A stretch of 60,218 nt of DNA, the filler included. It is 2 parts of 2 records of this genome, joined end to end, with 100 filler letters (N's around TTAATTAATTAA, not from the genome) between each part and the next. Parts side by side here need not be neighbours in the genome. Positions count along the whole stretch, not along the records: positions 28,605 to 60,218 come from SRR20825006_2678; 1 more part is not named here. One strand, 5' to 3'. The notes under the pieces were generated by a model. The model searched no databases. It saw only the letters and a program-made list of their open reading frames with translations, and was not told the DNA's origin. The translations under genes and the position numbers were made by a program. Below, one piece after another: positions 30,453 through 40,165 of the stretch (position 1 is its first letter; the number at the start of each line of letters is the position of its first letter).

Positions 30453-31985
30453 ATGACGACTTCGACCAAAACCCGTCCGAACACGGACTCGCGGAACCTG
30501 TACTCCGGTCCTGGAATGGTTGCGACCGGCGAAGCGACCGCGTTGCTTCGGACGGAAACGACTCCACCCATTCGCGTCTTCGGAACCGAGTCGATTCGCG
30601 AAACCTTTGACGACTTGTGTTTGCAGCAAGCGGTCAACTCACGGTTGGCTCCCGGTGTGACTGATTTGGTTTTGAATCCAGACGCGCACTGTGGTTATGG
30701 AGCACCGGTCGGTTGCGTGATGGTTTCGCCCACACACATCTATCCCGGTCCGGTTGGTGTCGACATCAAGTGTTCGATGAGTTTGCTGCAATTGGATCTT
30801 CCCGCCGAAGCGATCGAGGACCGCAAGGTTCGTCGAGCGTTGATCTCGGCGATCTGCCAACGCACACCGACGGGTGCCGGCAAGGGACAACGCAGCGTGA
30901 CCAAAGCACGGCACGTCAACCGAACACTCGGAAAGCAATTGGTGACCGAAGGTGCGAGTGACGATGTGTGTCGCGCTCTTGGGATTCCGACCAGTTGGTC
31001 ACACCGATGTGAAGACTCGTACCATGTTGGACATGATGACACGCAGTTGGCACTCGAGAATCGCCTCGACACGATCCTAAGCCATCGTCACATGAGTAAC
31101 TTCAGTGACAAGATGCAGCAATTGGGGTCGTATGGAGGCGGGAACCACTTCGGGGAATGTGAAGTGGTGGAAGTTGGCGACAACGACCGTGCTCGCGAAG
31201 TGGCTCAAACGTTTGGGTTGCTTGATGGCAACGTCGCGTTCTTGTCGCATTGTGGATCGCGAGGGTTCGGGCACAACTTGGCGTCGGGGCAATTCCGTAC
31301 CTTGCAAGACAAGTTTGACCGGTGGGGGATTCCGCTTCCTGCGGGCGATCGCCAATTGGTCTACGCTCCTTTGGGATCAGATGAAGCGAATGACTATCTC
31401 GATGACATGGCACTGGGAGCGAACTTCGCGACCGTGAACCATTTGCTGATCAATGCCCTCGTATTGGAAGCGTTCCAGGAAGTGATTCCGGGAACACGTG
31501 GGAACCTGGTTTACTTCATCAGTCACAACATTGCTCGAAAGGAAATCGTGGACAACCAACCGGCATGGGTGCATCGAAAGGGAGCCACGCGAGCGATGCC
31601 AGGTGGGCATCACTCGCTTGCCAACACTCCGTTTGCAAAATCCGGACACCCGATTTTGTTGCCGGGAAATCCACGGGATGGGTCAGCGGTGATGGTGGCC
31701 GATGAAGGTGCGTCGGCGTCTTGTTACAGCGTCAACCATGGTGCGGGACGGACGCTCGGACGTCGTCACGCCAAACGTGTGTTGGATCAAGCGACGGTGG
31801 ATTCGGAATTCGATTCCAACGATATCTTGAGCAATTGTCGCAAGTACCCGATCGACGAAGCCCCCGCAGCATACAAAGACTTCAATGAAGTTCTGCGGTC
31901 GGTGAAGTCGGCTGGATTGGCAAGCGAGGTGGCTCGCTTGAAAGCACGGTTCGTGATCAAGGATGCGAGCAAAGCGGATGATTGA
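30453..31985 (+). CDS. rtcB: RNA-splicing/repair ligase RtcB
   Basis: 'PDAHCGYGAPVG', 'VGVDIKC', 'GGGNHF', 'HCGSRG', 'HN', 'VHRKGAT', 'HGAGR', 'DEAPAAYK'. Confidence 0.93.
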   Translation: MTTSTKTRPNTDSRNLYSGPGMVATGEATALLRTETTPPIRVFGTESIRETFDDLCLQQAVNSRLAPGVTDLVLNPDAHCGYGAPVGCVMVSPTHIYPGPVGVDIKCSMSLLQLDLPAEAIEDRKVRRALISAICQRTPTGAGKGQRSVTKARHVNRTLGKQLVTEGASDDVCRALGIPTSWSHRCEDSYHVGHDDTQLALENRLDTILSHRHMSNFSDKMQQLGSYGGGNHFGECEVVEVGDNDRAREVAQTFGLLDGNVAFLSHCGSRGFGHNLASGQFRTLQDKFDRWGIPLPAGDRQLVYAPLGSDEANDYLDDMALGANFATVNHLLINALVLEAFQEVIPGTRGNLVYFISHNIARKEIVDNQPAWVHRKGATRAMPGGHHSLANTPFAKSGHPILLPGNPRDGSAVMVADEGASASCYSVNHGAGRTLGRRHAKRVLDQATVDSEFDSNDILSNCRKYPIDEAPAAYKDFNEVLRSVKSAGLASEVARLKARFVIKDASKADD

Positions 31986-33018
31986 AATCAATGGAAGCGA
32001 GGGCGAGGGAGGCGGGCAGATTGTTCGCTCCTCGCTCGCCCTCGCGGCAGTGACGGGGCAACCCATCCGACTCACCGACATTCGCGGCGGTCGCAAGAAA
32101 CCAGGGTTGCTTCGTCAACATCTGGCAGGTGTTCGCGCGATCCAACAGGTTTGTTCTGGCGAAGTCAGCGGAGACCAGCTTGGTTCGGGCGAATTGACTT
32201 TGGTGCCCGGTCAATTGTCCGGCGGTGACCATTGCTTTGAGGTGGGATCGGCGGGCAGCGCTGTCTTGGTGGCTCAAACCATCTTGCCGGTTCTTCTGCA
32301 CGCCGATGCTCCTTCCACGATCACGATCGGTGGTGGGACTCACGCCTCTTGGGCACCACCATTTGATTTCTTCTTGCGTTGCTACTTGCCATTGCTGGCT
32401 CGGATGAACGCGAAAGTCGAGGCTGAGATTGAATCTCATGGGTTCTATCCAGCCGGCGGCGGTAGAATCGTGATGAAGGTTGAGCCCTCCACAGGGATCA
32501 TGGGACTGACACTGACGGACCGAGCCGGCAGCGTGCAACCGAAAGTCACTGCATTGGTTTCCAGGATTCCAGAAACGGTTGGCCAGCGGGAGTGTGATGT
32601 GATCGCGAGGAAAACCGGATGGGGACAGAAGGCATTCCAGGTGGTCGATGTTCAGCAGTCCGGCGGTCCCGGCAACGTCGTGATGATCGAGTTGGGGTTT
32701 GACAATGTCAGCGAACTGATCATTGGATTTGGCAAGGTCGGAGTCAAAGCGGAGCAGGTCGCTCGTGCGGCACTTCGCGAAGCCCGTGCGTACTTGGCCA
32801 GCGATGTACCGGTTGGCGTCTACCTTGCCGATCAATTGTTGTTGCCAATGGGCTTGGCAGCACGCAATGGACACCGCAGTGAATTTCGCACCGGACCGTT
32901 GTCGCTGCACAGCCAAACCCACATCGACGTGCTTCAACGTTTTCTAGACATCAACATCAGGTGCGTCTCCAACGAAAACGGTACCGTCCACGTCAGTGTC
33001 GAAGGATGCAACGGGTAG
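31978..33018 (+). CDS. rtcA: RNA 3'-terminal phosphate cyclase
   Basis: 'GSEGEGGGQIVRSSLAL', 'RKKPGLLRQHL', 'GFYPAGGG', 'YLADQLLLP', 'SLH'. Start overlaps the rtcB stop. Confidence 0.95.
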   Translation: MIEINGSEGEGGGQIVRSSLALAAVTGQPIRLTDIRGGRKKPGLLRQHLAGVRAIQQVCSGEVSGDQLGSGELTLVPGQLSGGDHCFEVGSAGSAVLVAQTILPVLLHADAPSTITIGGGTHASWAPPFDFFLRCYLPLLARMNAKVEAEIESHGFYPAGGGRIVMKVEPSTGIMGLTLTDRAGSVQPKVTALVSRIPETVGQRECDVIARKTGWGQKAFQVVDVQQSGGPGNVVMIELGFDNVSELIIGFGKVGVKAEQVARAALREARAYLASDVPVGVYLADQLLLPMGLAARNGHRSEFRTGPLSLHSQTHIDVLQRFLDINIRCVSNENGTVHVSVEGCNG

Positions 33019-33250
33019 ATAGAAGGGATCAGGTACTGATCAGGTCATCCGTTTCTGAAACTGGATATTGCCGTGGTTCCAGGTCAGCGTGGCGCGTTCC
33101 GGCTGGCGAGGTCAACGGGCCGATGGAGGCTGAACACCGCTTTCGTGAAACACTTGCGTGAAACGTTTCGGGGGTGAATTGGGGTTTTTCTCATCCGCTT
33201 GGTTTTGTTACGTCGAAGGTTGAAATGTTCAATGAATCTTCCCGTCTCGG

Positions 33251-33967
33251 ATGAACCGCATGGCGAGTCGCCTTTTCCAGTCGATCGTTCCGTTGATGCC
33301 TGTCGTCGTGTTAGCACCCGTTTTGGTGCTGTCCGGGGGCTGTCACGATGGTCCCATGTACGCACTCAAGCACGCCAATCCGTACTTCACAATGCGGCAG
33401 TGGAAGGCGGACGAAGCGATCGGTGTGACGGATCACAAACGTCGCGAAGAATTGCAGACGCTGGCGAATTCGATGTACGGCATGCCCGCCGAGCGTCAAC
33501 AAACCTGGACGCCGCACCTGGAACAGATCTACGAAAACGATCCCAGCGCTGAGATGCGTCGATTGGCAATCTTGGCCGCGGGGCGTTCCAAAGACGCAAC
33601 GACAATCGATTTGGTCGCGAAAGGTTTGAAAGACGACAACCTGAAGGTTCGCATGGAAGCGTGTCGTGCTTTGGGTGAGCGTTCCGAAGATCGAGCGGCT
33701 CAGTTGCTGGCTTCGGTCGCCGGTGAATCGCAAGACCAAGACGTCCGGCATGCCGCGATTGCGGCTTTGGGAAAACATCCCGGTGAGATCTCAACCAATT
33801 CACTTAGACTCGCTCTTCAAGATCGAGATCCTGCGACGCAGGACTTGGTGATTGAAACGCTTCGCGAGAGCACCGGAAAAGATTTGGGCAACGATCCTGC
33901 TGAATGGATCGCCGCCCTAGACGGTCAGTCGAGTGAAGAACCAGCCAGCGGATCGTTGTTCCGCTAA
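33251..33967 (+). CDS. HEAT-repeat lipoprotein
   Basis: Hydrophobic signal ending 'LSGGC'; repeats 'VRMEACRALG', 'VRHAAIAALG'. Confidence 0.75.
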   Translation: MNRMASRLFQSIVPLMPVVVLAPVLVLSGGCHDGPMYALKHANPYFTMRQWKADEAIGVTDHKRREELQTLANSMYGMPAERQQTWTPHLEQIYENDPSAEMRRLAILAAGRSKDATTIDLVAKGLKDDNLKVRMEACRALGERSEDRAAQLLASVAGESQDQDVRHAAIAALGKHPGEISTNSLRLALQDRDPATQDLVIETLRESTGKDLGNDPAEWIAALDGQSSEEPASGSLFR

Positions 33968-34041
33968 CGGCCGGACGAGAGTTGGAACTCTCGAGGGGCT
34001 TCGAACGGGCGGAGCCGATCGGCGAGAAATGCACGGACGAA

Positions 34042-34590
34042 TCAAATTTTGCCGTCGAGACCCATCTGGTAATACTTGTGGGTGATCTTGTCTTGGTTCT
34101 CGAGCAACCAATCGATCGATGGCTCGTTGTTCATGGCTTTGTGAATCGCCTGCGTCATCGCTTTGCGATGGATGTCGAACAACGCCTTGTGGTCCAAGTT
34201 GTCGTCATCGATGACACCAGGGTTCAACCACACACTGCAGATGATGCCGAGGTCGTTGGCTTTTTCCTTGGGGATGTCGCCGGCGCGAACGGCATCCAAT
34301 ACGCCGTTGGCGATCGCGGCTTGAACGGTGCCCATCAGGATATTGGTGTAGCGACTGTTTTTGACCGTCACCTTGCTGACGCACAGAGTCACCGGCCGGA
34401 CTTGGATGTCCGTGTTCAGAATCGCGAAGACTTTTGAGTGACCCATCGATTGGTCACCGGTCAACGTGGCCAGGGCGGTGCCAACGGGTCCATCGAGTTC
34501 GCCGATAACGACTTCGGGTTCCGCGGCGGTGAAGGGTGGGCCACCGGCGACGAGAGATTCACCAGTGCGAAGGATGATGCGATCCGACAT
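34042..34590 (-). CDS. fae: Formaldehyde-activating enzyme family protein (divergent Fae homolog)
   Basis: 'GESLV', 'KVT', 'G.VQAAIANGVLDAVRAGDIP', 'AMNNEP' align with Fae as recalled. Confidence 0.8.
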   Translation of the reverse strand: MSDRIILRTGESLVAGGPPFTAAEPEVVIGELDGPVGTALATLTGDQSMGHSKVFAILNTDIQVRPVTLCVSKVTVKNSRYTNILMGTVQAAIANGVLDAVRAGDIPKEKANDLGIICSVWLNPGVIDDDNLDHKALFDIHRKAMTQAIHKAMNNEPSIDWLLENQDKITHKYYQMGLDGKI

Positions 34591-34737
34591 TCAATCAGCT
34601 CAATCATTGAGGAGGAGTGAGGCTTCTTTCGAAGTCTCGTTCAAACGGACAGCAGGGTAAGCGAATCCGTGCTCCTGTTCCAGGCAATGAAGACGGCGAT
34701 TGATGCGAACATCAAACGCCCATTTGTGTGAGTGAAT

Positions 34738-34801
34738 GTAGGATGGACTTCCAAGTCCGTCCAAAGCAGCCGCCACCGAAGGACTTGGGAGTCCATCGTA
34801 C
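34738..34801. repeat. REP doublet (REPIN-like inverted pair)
   Basis: GTAGGATGGACTTCCAAGTCCGTC (34738-34761) and an inverted arm (34778-34801), 21/24 complementary, each with an internal GGACT..AGTCC palindrome. Confidence 0.75.
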
Positions 34802-34823
34802 GGTTGGCTGACTGCTTTCGAGA

Positions 34824-37800
34824 TCAGCCGGCGTTGGTGTAGTAGCCAGGGTCGTCCTTGTTGTCGCCGTCGAAGTCTCCGACGATCGGTTGCGAATCAG
34901 CGGACTCTCGCATCACGACGATGCGTTTGTCATTGGCTGTCAGCTTGCGGTCGCCATCGCTGTCGATGATCCACACATCACCTCGAACCACACCGATTTC
35001 GTCGATTCCATCGCCATCGAAGTCACCCATGATGGGTTCGTCACCAGGGCGACCAAAGTTGTGAGGTTTGGTTTTGCCCGTCCAACGGCCATCGGCATCA
35101 TCATCCAGCAACCATTGGCCGCCGCGGAAAACACCGATTTGGTCGATGCCATCGCCGTTCCAGTCTCCCGCGATGGGTGTGTCGACTTGTTCGCCGTACT
35201 GGAAGACGTGGTCCACCGCATCCGCTAGTAGTCCGCCGTCTTCGCCACGCATCAACATGCGTTGTTGGTCTTCGTTTGCGGTCGTTTCGCGTGGTACCAA
35301 TTCTTCGCGAGTCAGGCCACGTCGGCGGATGTTGGCAGGGTCGGGCAAACCGGGGTCACGTCGGATGCGAGCCCAGTCGTTTTCCCAACGGCGTCCGAAA
35401 ATCCCGATGTCGTCTTTGCCGTCTCCGTCCCAGTCACCCACCACGGGACGATCGAGTTCGGTTCCCAGGCGGACCCACATGTCGCCAGCGTCCCACTGTC
35501 CATTGCCGTTGAGATCAACGAACCATTGACCACCGATGTAAAGGACGGCTTCGTCAACGCCGTCACCATTGAAGTCACCGGTGAGCGCCGTGGCGTCGGG
35601 GTGTCCCATTTGGATGTGGGAACCCGTTTCAGGTTGCGATGCCAGCGTTCGAATCGTGGGAGTTTGGATGTGCCAAAGCCCCGCCATCAAATCATTTCGC
35701 AACAAAGAACTGGGCAGCTTGCCTTTTCGATCGCCATCTTCTTCGGCATCGCCGTCGATCCCCAATCGATAATTGGCAGGTCGAATCAGATCACCGTCGT
35801 CCGAAAACTCATCCGCTTGGACGATTGCCGAATCGGCACCATCGCCTCGAGGGAATCCACCGTTGATCACGCTGAGGTGCCAACTGACCTGCCATTCATC
35901 GGCGAAGAAAAATTGCTGATTGGGATCCAAGTGGATTCCAAATGCCATCGGTCGGATTGGAGTCTCGAACGTCTCGATGGGTGCCAAGGGGCGGGTGACT
36001 GGATCCGGTGTTGGGTATTCTGGCGGTGGGAAGACTGGCGGATCTTCGATTGCAATTTCGCTGAAGTTGTTGTTGGCGCTGGTTTGCCCCGCACCCACAA
36101 ACAGTTGCAAAATCGCGTCGAACTTTGGATCGGTTGATGCATCAGCCATCAAGTTCTGAACGGATGTTGGGAACGTCAGCGTTCCTTCACCACCGTTGGA
36201 CACAAAGTCAGCAACATTGATCGCCAAACCACCGAGTGTTCCCGGGGTATCGAGCGAATCGATGAAGCCCGCTGGTTGGACTTGATAGACCGAGTAAACC
36301 GTTTCAGGACGCAAGCCGCTGAAGATGTAATAACCATTTTCGTCGGTGGTGACGCGAATGGTTTCGGTTCCATACGTTCCCGCCAAGGCTCCGGTCGAGC
36401 TATCAACGGGCCGACCCAACACGTTTCGCAGTTCGAGCGTGACGCCGGACAAACGGGTGTCGTCGTCAGTCAGTTCACCGTCGCGGTACTTTCGCAAATC
36501 TTCCGGGCTGGGGGCCTCAACGAGCACCAAGTTTTCGCCGTCTTGGAAGACGTAACCTGAAATCGTTGCCGGCGGCAGTTCCGGGAAGTCATAACCAACC
36601 GCGTTGATTCCACCGGGAATGGTGATCTCGCCGATCACGTCATTGCGAAGGATGCGACCACCGAAGTCGCCGACAACCTGGCCGCCTTGGAAATACCCAT
36701 CGGGTTGTGATTCATGCACCGAGTAGGTTCCCGGTGGCAAGGAATCAAACGTGTAGCGACCTTCGTTGTCGGTTTGCGTCGTCGCGATGACCTGATCGGT
36801 CTCGTCACGCAATTCAATGATCACGTTGGCCAGCGGAGTCTCACCATCGTCGAAGACGCTGTTGCGAACGGTGTCCGCCCAAACCATCCCGGAGATTGTG
36901 CTGGGCAGGACTTCGCAGAAGTCGTAGTCGGTCAGCGTCTGGCCCCAACCAATCGGGATCGTTGAGATCACATCGTCAATGCTGTCGTCGCCGCCTGCAC
37001 TGCCGGCCATTTGGCTGCCTTGGTAGTAGCCTTCGGGCTGCGTTTCGCGAACGGTGTAAGAACCGGCTTGCAGGTTTCCAAAGTGATAGGAGCCGTCTGC
37101 GCTGGTCGTGGTCGTTGCAACCAATTCATCGGCCGAGTTGAACAGCTCGATCAAGACGCCGCCCAGACCGGGTTCGTCGTGGTCTTGGAAGCAGTCGGCA
37201 TCTTTGTCGACATAGACAACACCAGACAGCTCCGATGGCAAACGCTCGCAGAAGTCGTAGTCGGTGAGCGTTACACCCCAGCCGATATCGATCGTTGAGA
37301 TCACGTCGGCGACGCTGTCATCACCGCCGCCCGATCCCGCCATCTGGCCACCGTGGAAGTAGCCTTCGGGTTGCGTTTCGCGAACGGTGTAGACGCCCGA
37401 TTTCAAGTTGCCAAAGTGATAGGCACCGTTGGCGTCGGTGGTCGTACTGCCGACCAAGGCACCGTTTTCATCGAACAGTTCGACGATCACGCCGGCCAGA
37501 CCGATTTCATCCGCGTCGCGGAAGCAATCCGCATCTTTGTCGACATACACGATGCCGGATAATTCGGATGGCAACAGTTCGCAGAAGTTGTACTGGGTCA
37601 GGGTTTCTCCCCAGCCCATGTCGATGGTCGAAATCACATCGGCTTGCGAGTCGTTGCCACCGTGGCTGCCTGCTTTCTGGCCGCCGTGGAAATAGCCGCT
37701 CGGCTGGATTTCACGAACGGTGTAGAAGCCCGCTGGCAAGAAAGTGAATTTGTAGGATCCCGAGGCATCGGTCAGGGTGGTGGCAATGACGTCGCCAGCT

Positions 37801-40070
37801 TCGTTGACCAATTCGATGCGAACGCCCGACAGACCTTCTTCGCCGGGATCGCGGAAACAGTCGGCGTCACGATCGACATACACGATCCCGGAGATTTCCG
37901 ATGGTGGTCGTTCGCAGAAGTCATAGTCCACCGCGACTTCGCCCGACGTCAACGTGATCGAACCAATGCGGCTGCCGTTTTCGCTGACGCCGCCAGCCGA
38001 TCCGGGTTTGGCTCCACCTTCGAAGTAGCCTTCCGGTTGCGTTTCGATGACGGTGTAGTTGCCGGGAATCAGATCGGTGAAGTAGTAGCGACCGTCGGCG
38101 TCCGTTGTCGTTTGCGCGACTTGATTGCCGCTATCGTCGACCAACGTGATGGTCACGCCTTCTAGGACTGGTTCGTCATCGTCCTTGAAGCAGTCTTCGT
38201 CGAAGTCAACGTGCACGCGTCCACTCAGTGAAGCGAGTTGGCGCTCACCGAAATCATAGTTGACGCCGTGCAGCCCCTGACGCAGCGTGATGCTGACGAA
38301 GCTGTCTGAATCTGACCCCAAACCACCAACGGTGGTTCCGTTGATTTGACCGACCGAGTCAATGCCGTCGATGTAGCCGAGTGGCTGTGTTTCGATGATG
38401 CGGTAGGTGTCCGCCGCCAAACCGCTGAACTTGTACGAGCCATCGGGACCAGTGACGGTGGTGGCGACAACGTTTCCGTCTGAACCCACCAGCACCAATT
38501 GGGTGCCGGCGATGGCTTCTTCACCGGCGTCTCGAGTTCCATCGTTGTCGCGGTCATGATAGACCTCACCGGACAGCGATCCTGGTGCGGCTTCGCAGAA
38601 GTTGTACTCGTGACCTTCGCCGCCGGGTGGCAACGCGACGTTGGTGATTCGGCCGCCGTCGACGGATCCACCGACGGGAACGAAGATGTTCGAAGCGATC
38701 GTGCGGATTTCTCCAGGATGTGACCCGCCGTCCAGCAAGCCATCGGGAGTGATTTCGACGATCTCGTAAACACCTGTGCGAAGATCATCGAAGAGGTAAC
38801 TACCGTCCGCACCGGTTCGCGTCGTCGCGACCAATTTGCCTTGTTCGTTGATCAAACGAACTTCGACATTTTGCAAAGGCGTGCTGTCGCCTTCGTCATG
38901 ATCGCCATCGCAGTCGGCACCCGGAGCGGCCAAGTACACAAAGCCGCCAATCGAACCCAGCGGGACTTCGCCAAAGTTGTACTCCACCCCGACATCACCG
39001 CCACCGAGAACGATGTCGCGAATTTCGTCGCCGGGGTTACTCGCCGAACCAACGACTTGGCCATCGATGGTACCGGCGGCGTCTTTGCCGTCTTCTAAAT
39101 CGGCGGGTTGGTCGACTTCGACGATGCGATAGCGACCCGGCATCAAGTTCGTGAATTGGTACGAACCGTCCGCGTTGGTTTTGGTCTCGAGCTGGTTCTG
39201 TGGCGCGATCGTGTCGACGGGGATCAATCGAACGGTGACGCCCCCGAGGCCCACTTCGCCGGCGTCTTTGGTTCCGGAGTCGTTGTCATCTCGGTAGACA
39301 AAACCACCGATCGAGGCGGGGATTGGAGTCTGCGTCGCCGTTCCGACCGCGGCGGCGGATCGGTTGGGCCGACTGTCAATGTCGGTGCCTTCGTCTGGTG
39401 GCAAATCCAAACCGTAGTCTTGGGCTGGATCCCCGAAGTCGTTCAAGAAGATCGCATCGGCTTCGGCAGCGTAGTAGTCCGGAGCTTCGAAGAGGGCTTC
39501 CAAAATTGAATCTTGAAACTCTTGCCCCGACGTGATCACGTCGAGTCGTTGGTTGAACTCTTCCAGGTCGGGAAGGTTGCGCAGCACTTCGTCCACGTCG
39601 ATCGTGAACTCCAAGCGATCGCCAGCGCTGAAGCCACGAAAGTTCAGCTTCAAAACTTGTCCACCATCGTCCACCGTTGCGGTCACATCGGCGGGAGTCC
39701 CATCAAGGGTCTCAATTTTTTGCACCGTGAATGGGTGCGCACCGTTTTTACCGCGGCCGCCCACTTCGGTATCAAAGATCGGGTCACCAACCGAAATTCC
39801 GTCGCCGTCTTTGTCCGTGCGGATGATCAATTCCGTCAGCTCGGTGCCGGGTGCTCCGCCGGTGAACGAAAGCAGAAACCGGTCACCCTTGGAGTCGCTG
39901 CCGACGTCTTGGTCGGATTCCAAATAGTCCGTTTCTAGATAGACCAATCCCACATGGATCGGATCCGCCACCATCAAACGACGATTCTCCAGCGACTCGA
40001 TGCGCATCTTCCGCCCTGTCGAAGCAGAAGTGTTGGGTGTTAGCAATCGTTCGAGACGTTTCCAGATCAC
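34824..40070 (-). CDS. Large surface/secreted protein: planctomycete extracellular leader, nine SdrD-B/Cna-B-like repeats, C-terminal FG-GAP/VCBS-like repeats
   Basis: 'ESLENRRLM' leader; repeats 'SG.VY.D.D.D...D..E..L.GV.I.L...TT...G.Y.F..L..G.Y.V.E.QP.GY'; 'GDFNGDG/GDWDGDG'. AAGGAGG RBS before GTG 40070. Confidence 0.88.
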   Translation of the reverse strand: MIWKRLERLLTPNTSASTGRKMRIESLENRRLMVADPIHVGLVYLETDYLESDQDVGSDSKGDRFLLSFTGGAPGTELTELIIRTDKDGDGISVGDPIFDTEVGGRGKNGAHPFTVQKIETLDGTPADVTATVDDGGQVLKLNFRGFSAGDRLEFTIDVDEVLRNLPDLEEFNQRLDVITSGQEFQDSILEALFEAPDYYAAEADAIFLNDFGDPAQDYGLDLPPDEGTDIDSRPNRSAAAVGTATQTPIPASIGGFVYRDDNDSGTKDAGEVGLGGVTVRLIPVDTIAPQNQLETKTNADGSYQFTNLMPGRYRIVEVDQPADLEDGKDAAGTIDGQVVGSASNPGDEIRDIVLGGGDVGVEYNFGEVPLGSIGGFVYLAAPGADCDGDHDEGDSTPLQNVEVRLINEQGKLVATTRTGADGSYLFDDLRTGVYEIVEITPDGLLDGGSHPGEIRTIASNIFVPVGGSVDGGRITNVALPPGGEGHEYNFCEAAPGSLSGEVYHDRDNDGTRDAGEEAIAGTQLVLVGSDGNVVATTVTGPDGSYKFSGLAADTYRIIETQPLGYIDGIDSVGQINGTTVGGLGSDSDSFVSITLRQGLHGVNYDFGERQLASLSGRVHVDFDEDCFKDDDEPVLEGVTITLVDDSGNQVAQTTTDADGRYYFTDLIPGNYTVIETQPEGYFEGGAKPGSAGGVSENGSRIGSITLTSGEVAVDYDFCERPPSEISGIVYVDRDADCFRDPGEEGLSGVRIELVNEAGDVIATTLTDASGSYKFTFLPAGFYTVREIQPSGYFHGGQKAGSHGGNDSQADVISTIDMGWGETLTQYNFCELLPSELSGIVYVDKDADCFRDADEIGLAGVIVELFDENGALVGSTTTDANGAYHFGNLKSGVYTVRETQPEGYFHGGQMAGSGGGDDSVADVISTIDIGWGVTLTDYDFCERLPSELSGVVYVDKDADCFQDHDEPGLGGVLIELFNSADELVATTTTSADGSYHFGNLQAGSYTVRETQPEGYYQGSQMAGSAGGDDSIDDVISTIPIGWGQTLTDYDFCEVLPSTISGMVWADTVRNSVFDDGETPLANVIIELRDETDQVIATTQTDNEGRYTFDSLPPGTYSVHESQPDGYFQGGQVVGDFGGRILRNDVIGEITIPGGINAVGYDFPELPPATISGYVFQDGENLVLVEAPSPEDLRKYRDGELTDDDTRLSGVTLELRNVLGRPVDSSTGALAGTYGTETIRVTTDENGYYIFSGLRPETVYSVYQVQPAGFIDSLDTPGTLGGLAINVADFVSNGGEGTLTFPTSVQNLMADASTDPKFDAILQLFVGAGQTSANNNFSEIAIEDPPVFPPPEYPTPDPVTRPLAPIETFETPIRPMAFGIHLDPNQQFFFADEWQVSWHLSVINGGFPRGDGADSAIVQADEFSDDGDLIRPANYRLGIDGDAEEDGDRKGKLPSSLLRNDLMAGLWHIQTPTIRTLASQPETGSHIQMGHPDATALTGDFNGDGVDEAVLYIGGQWFVDLNGNGQWDAGDMWVRLGTELDRPVVGDWDGDGKDDIGIFGRRWENDWARIRRDPGLPDPANIRRRGLTREELVPRETTANEDQQRMLMRGEDGGLLADAVDHVFQYGEQVDTPIAGDWNGDGIDQIGVFRGGQWLLDDDADGRWTGKTKPHNFGRPGDEPIMGDFDGDGIDEIGVVRGDVWIIDSDGDRKLTANDKRIVVMRESADSQPIVGDFDGDNKDDPGYYTNAG
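36913..38245 (-). repeat. Intragenic tandem repeat with 333-bp period (111-aa SdrD-B units)
   Basis: TCGCAGAAG anchor recurs at 36913, 37246, 37579 and 37912. Confidence 0.85.
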
Positions 40071-40165
40071 GTTTGGTACCTCCTTGTACCGCACATTGAT
40101 TTCAGTTGGACGCGAGGGAGTTCAGGTCAGCTGAAGGAATGGAAGGATGAGATGTGGTCGATGGG

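Noticed and set aside
31957-32937. 326-aa minus-strand ORF
   Set aside because: Antisense shadow of rtcA. The same applies to most short ORFs in the track.
33019-33250. Possible Y-RNA/tRNA-like gene after rtcA; CGTGAAAC direct repeat
   Set aside because: No cloverleaf or T-loop consensus visible, and the 8-bp repeat is too weak alone.
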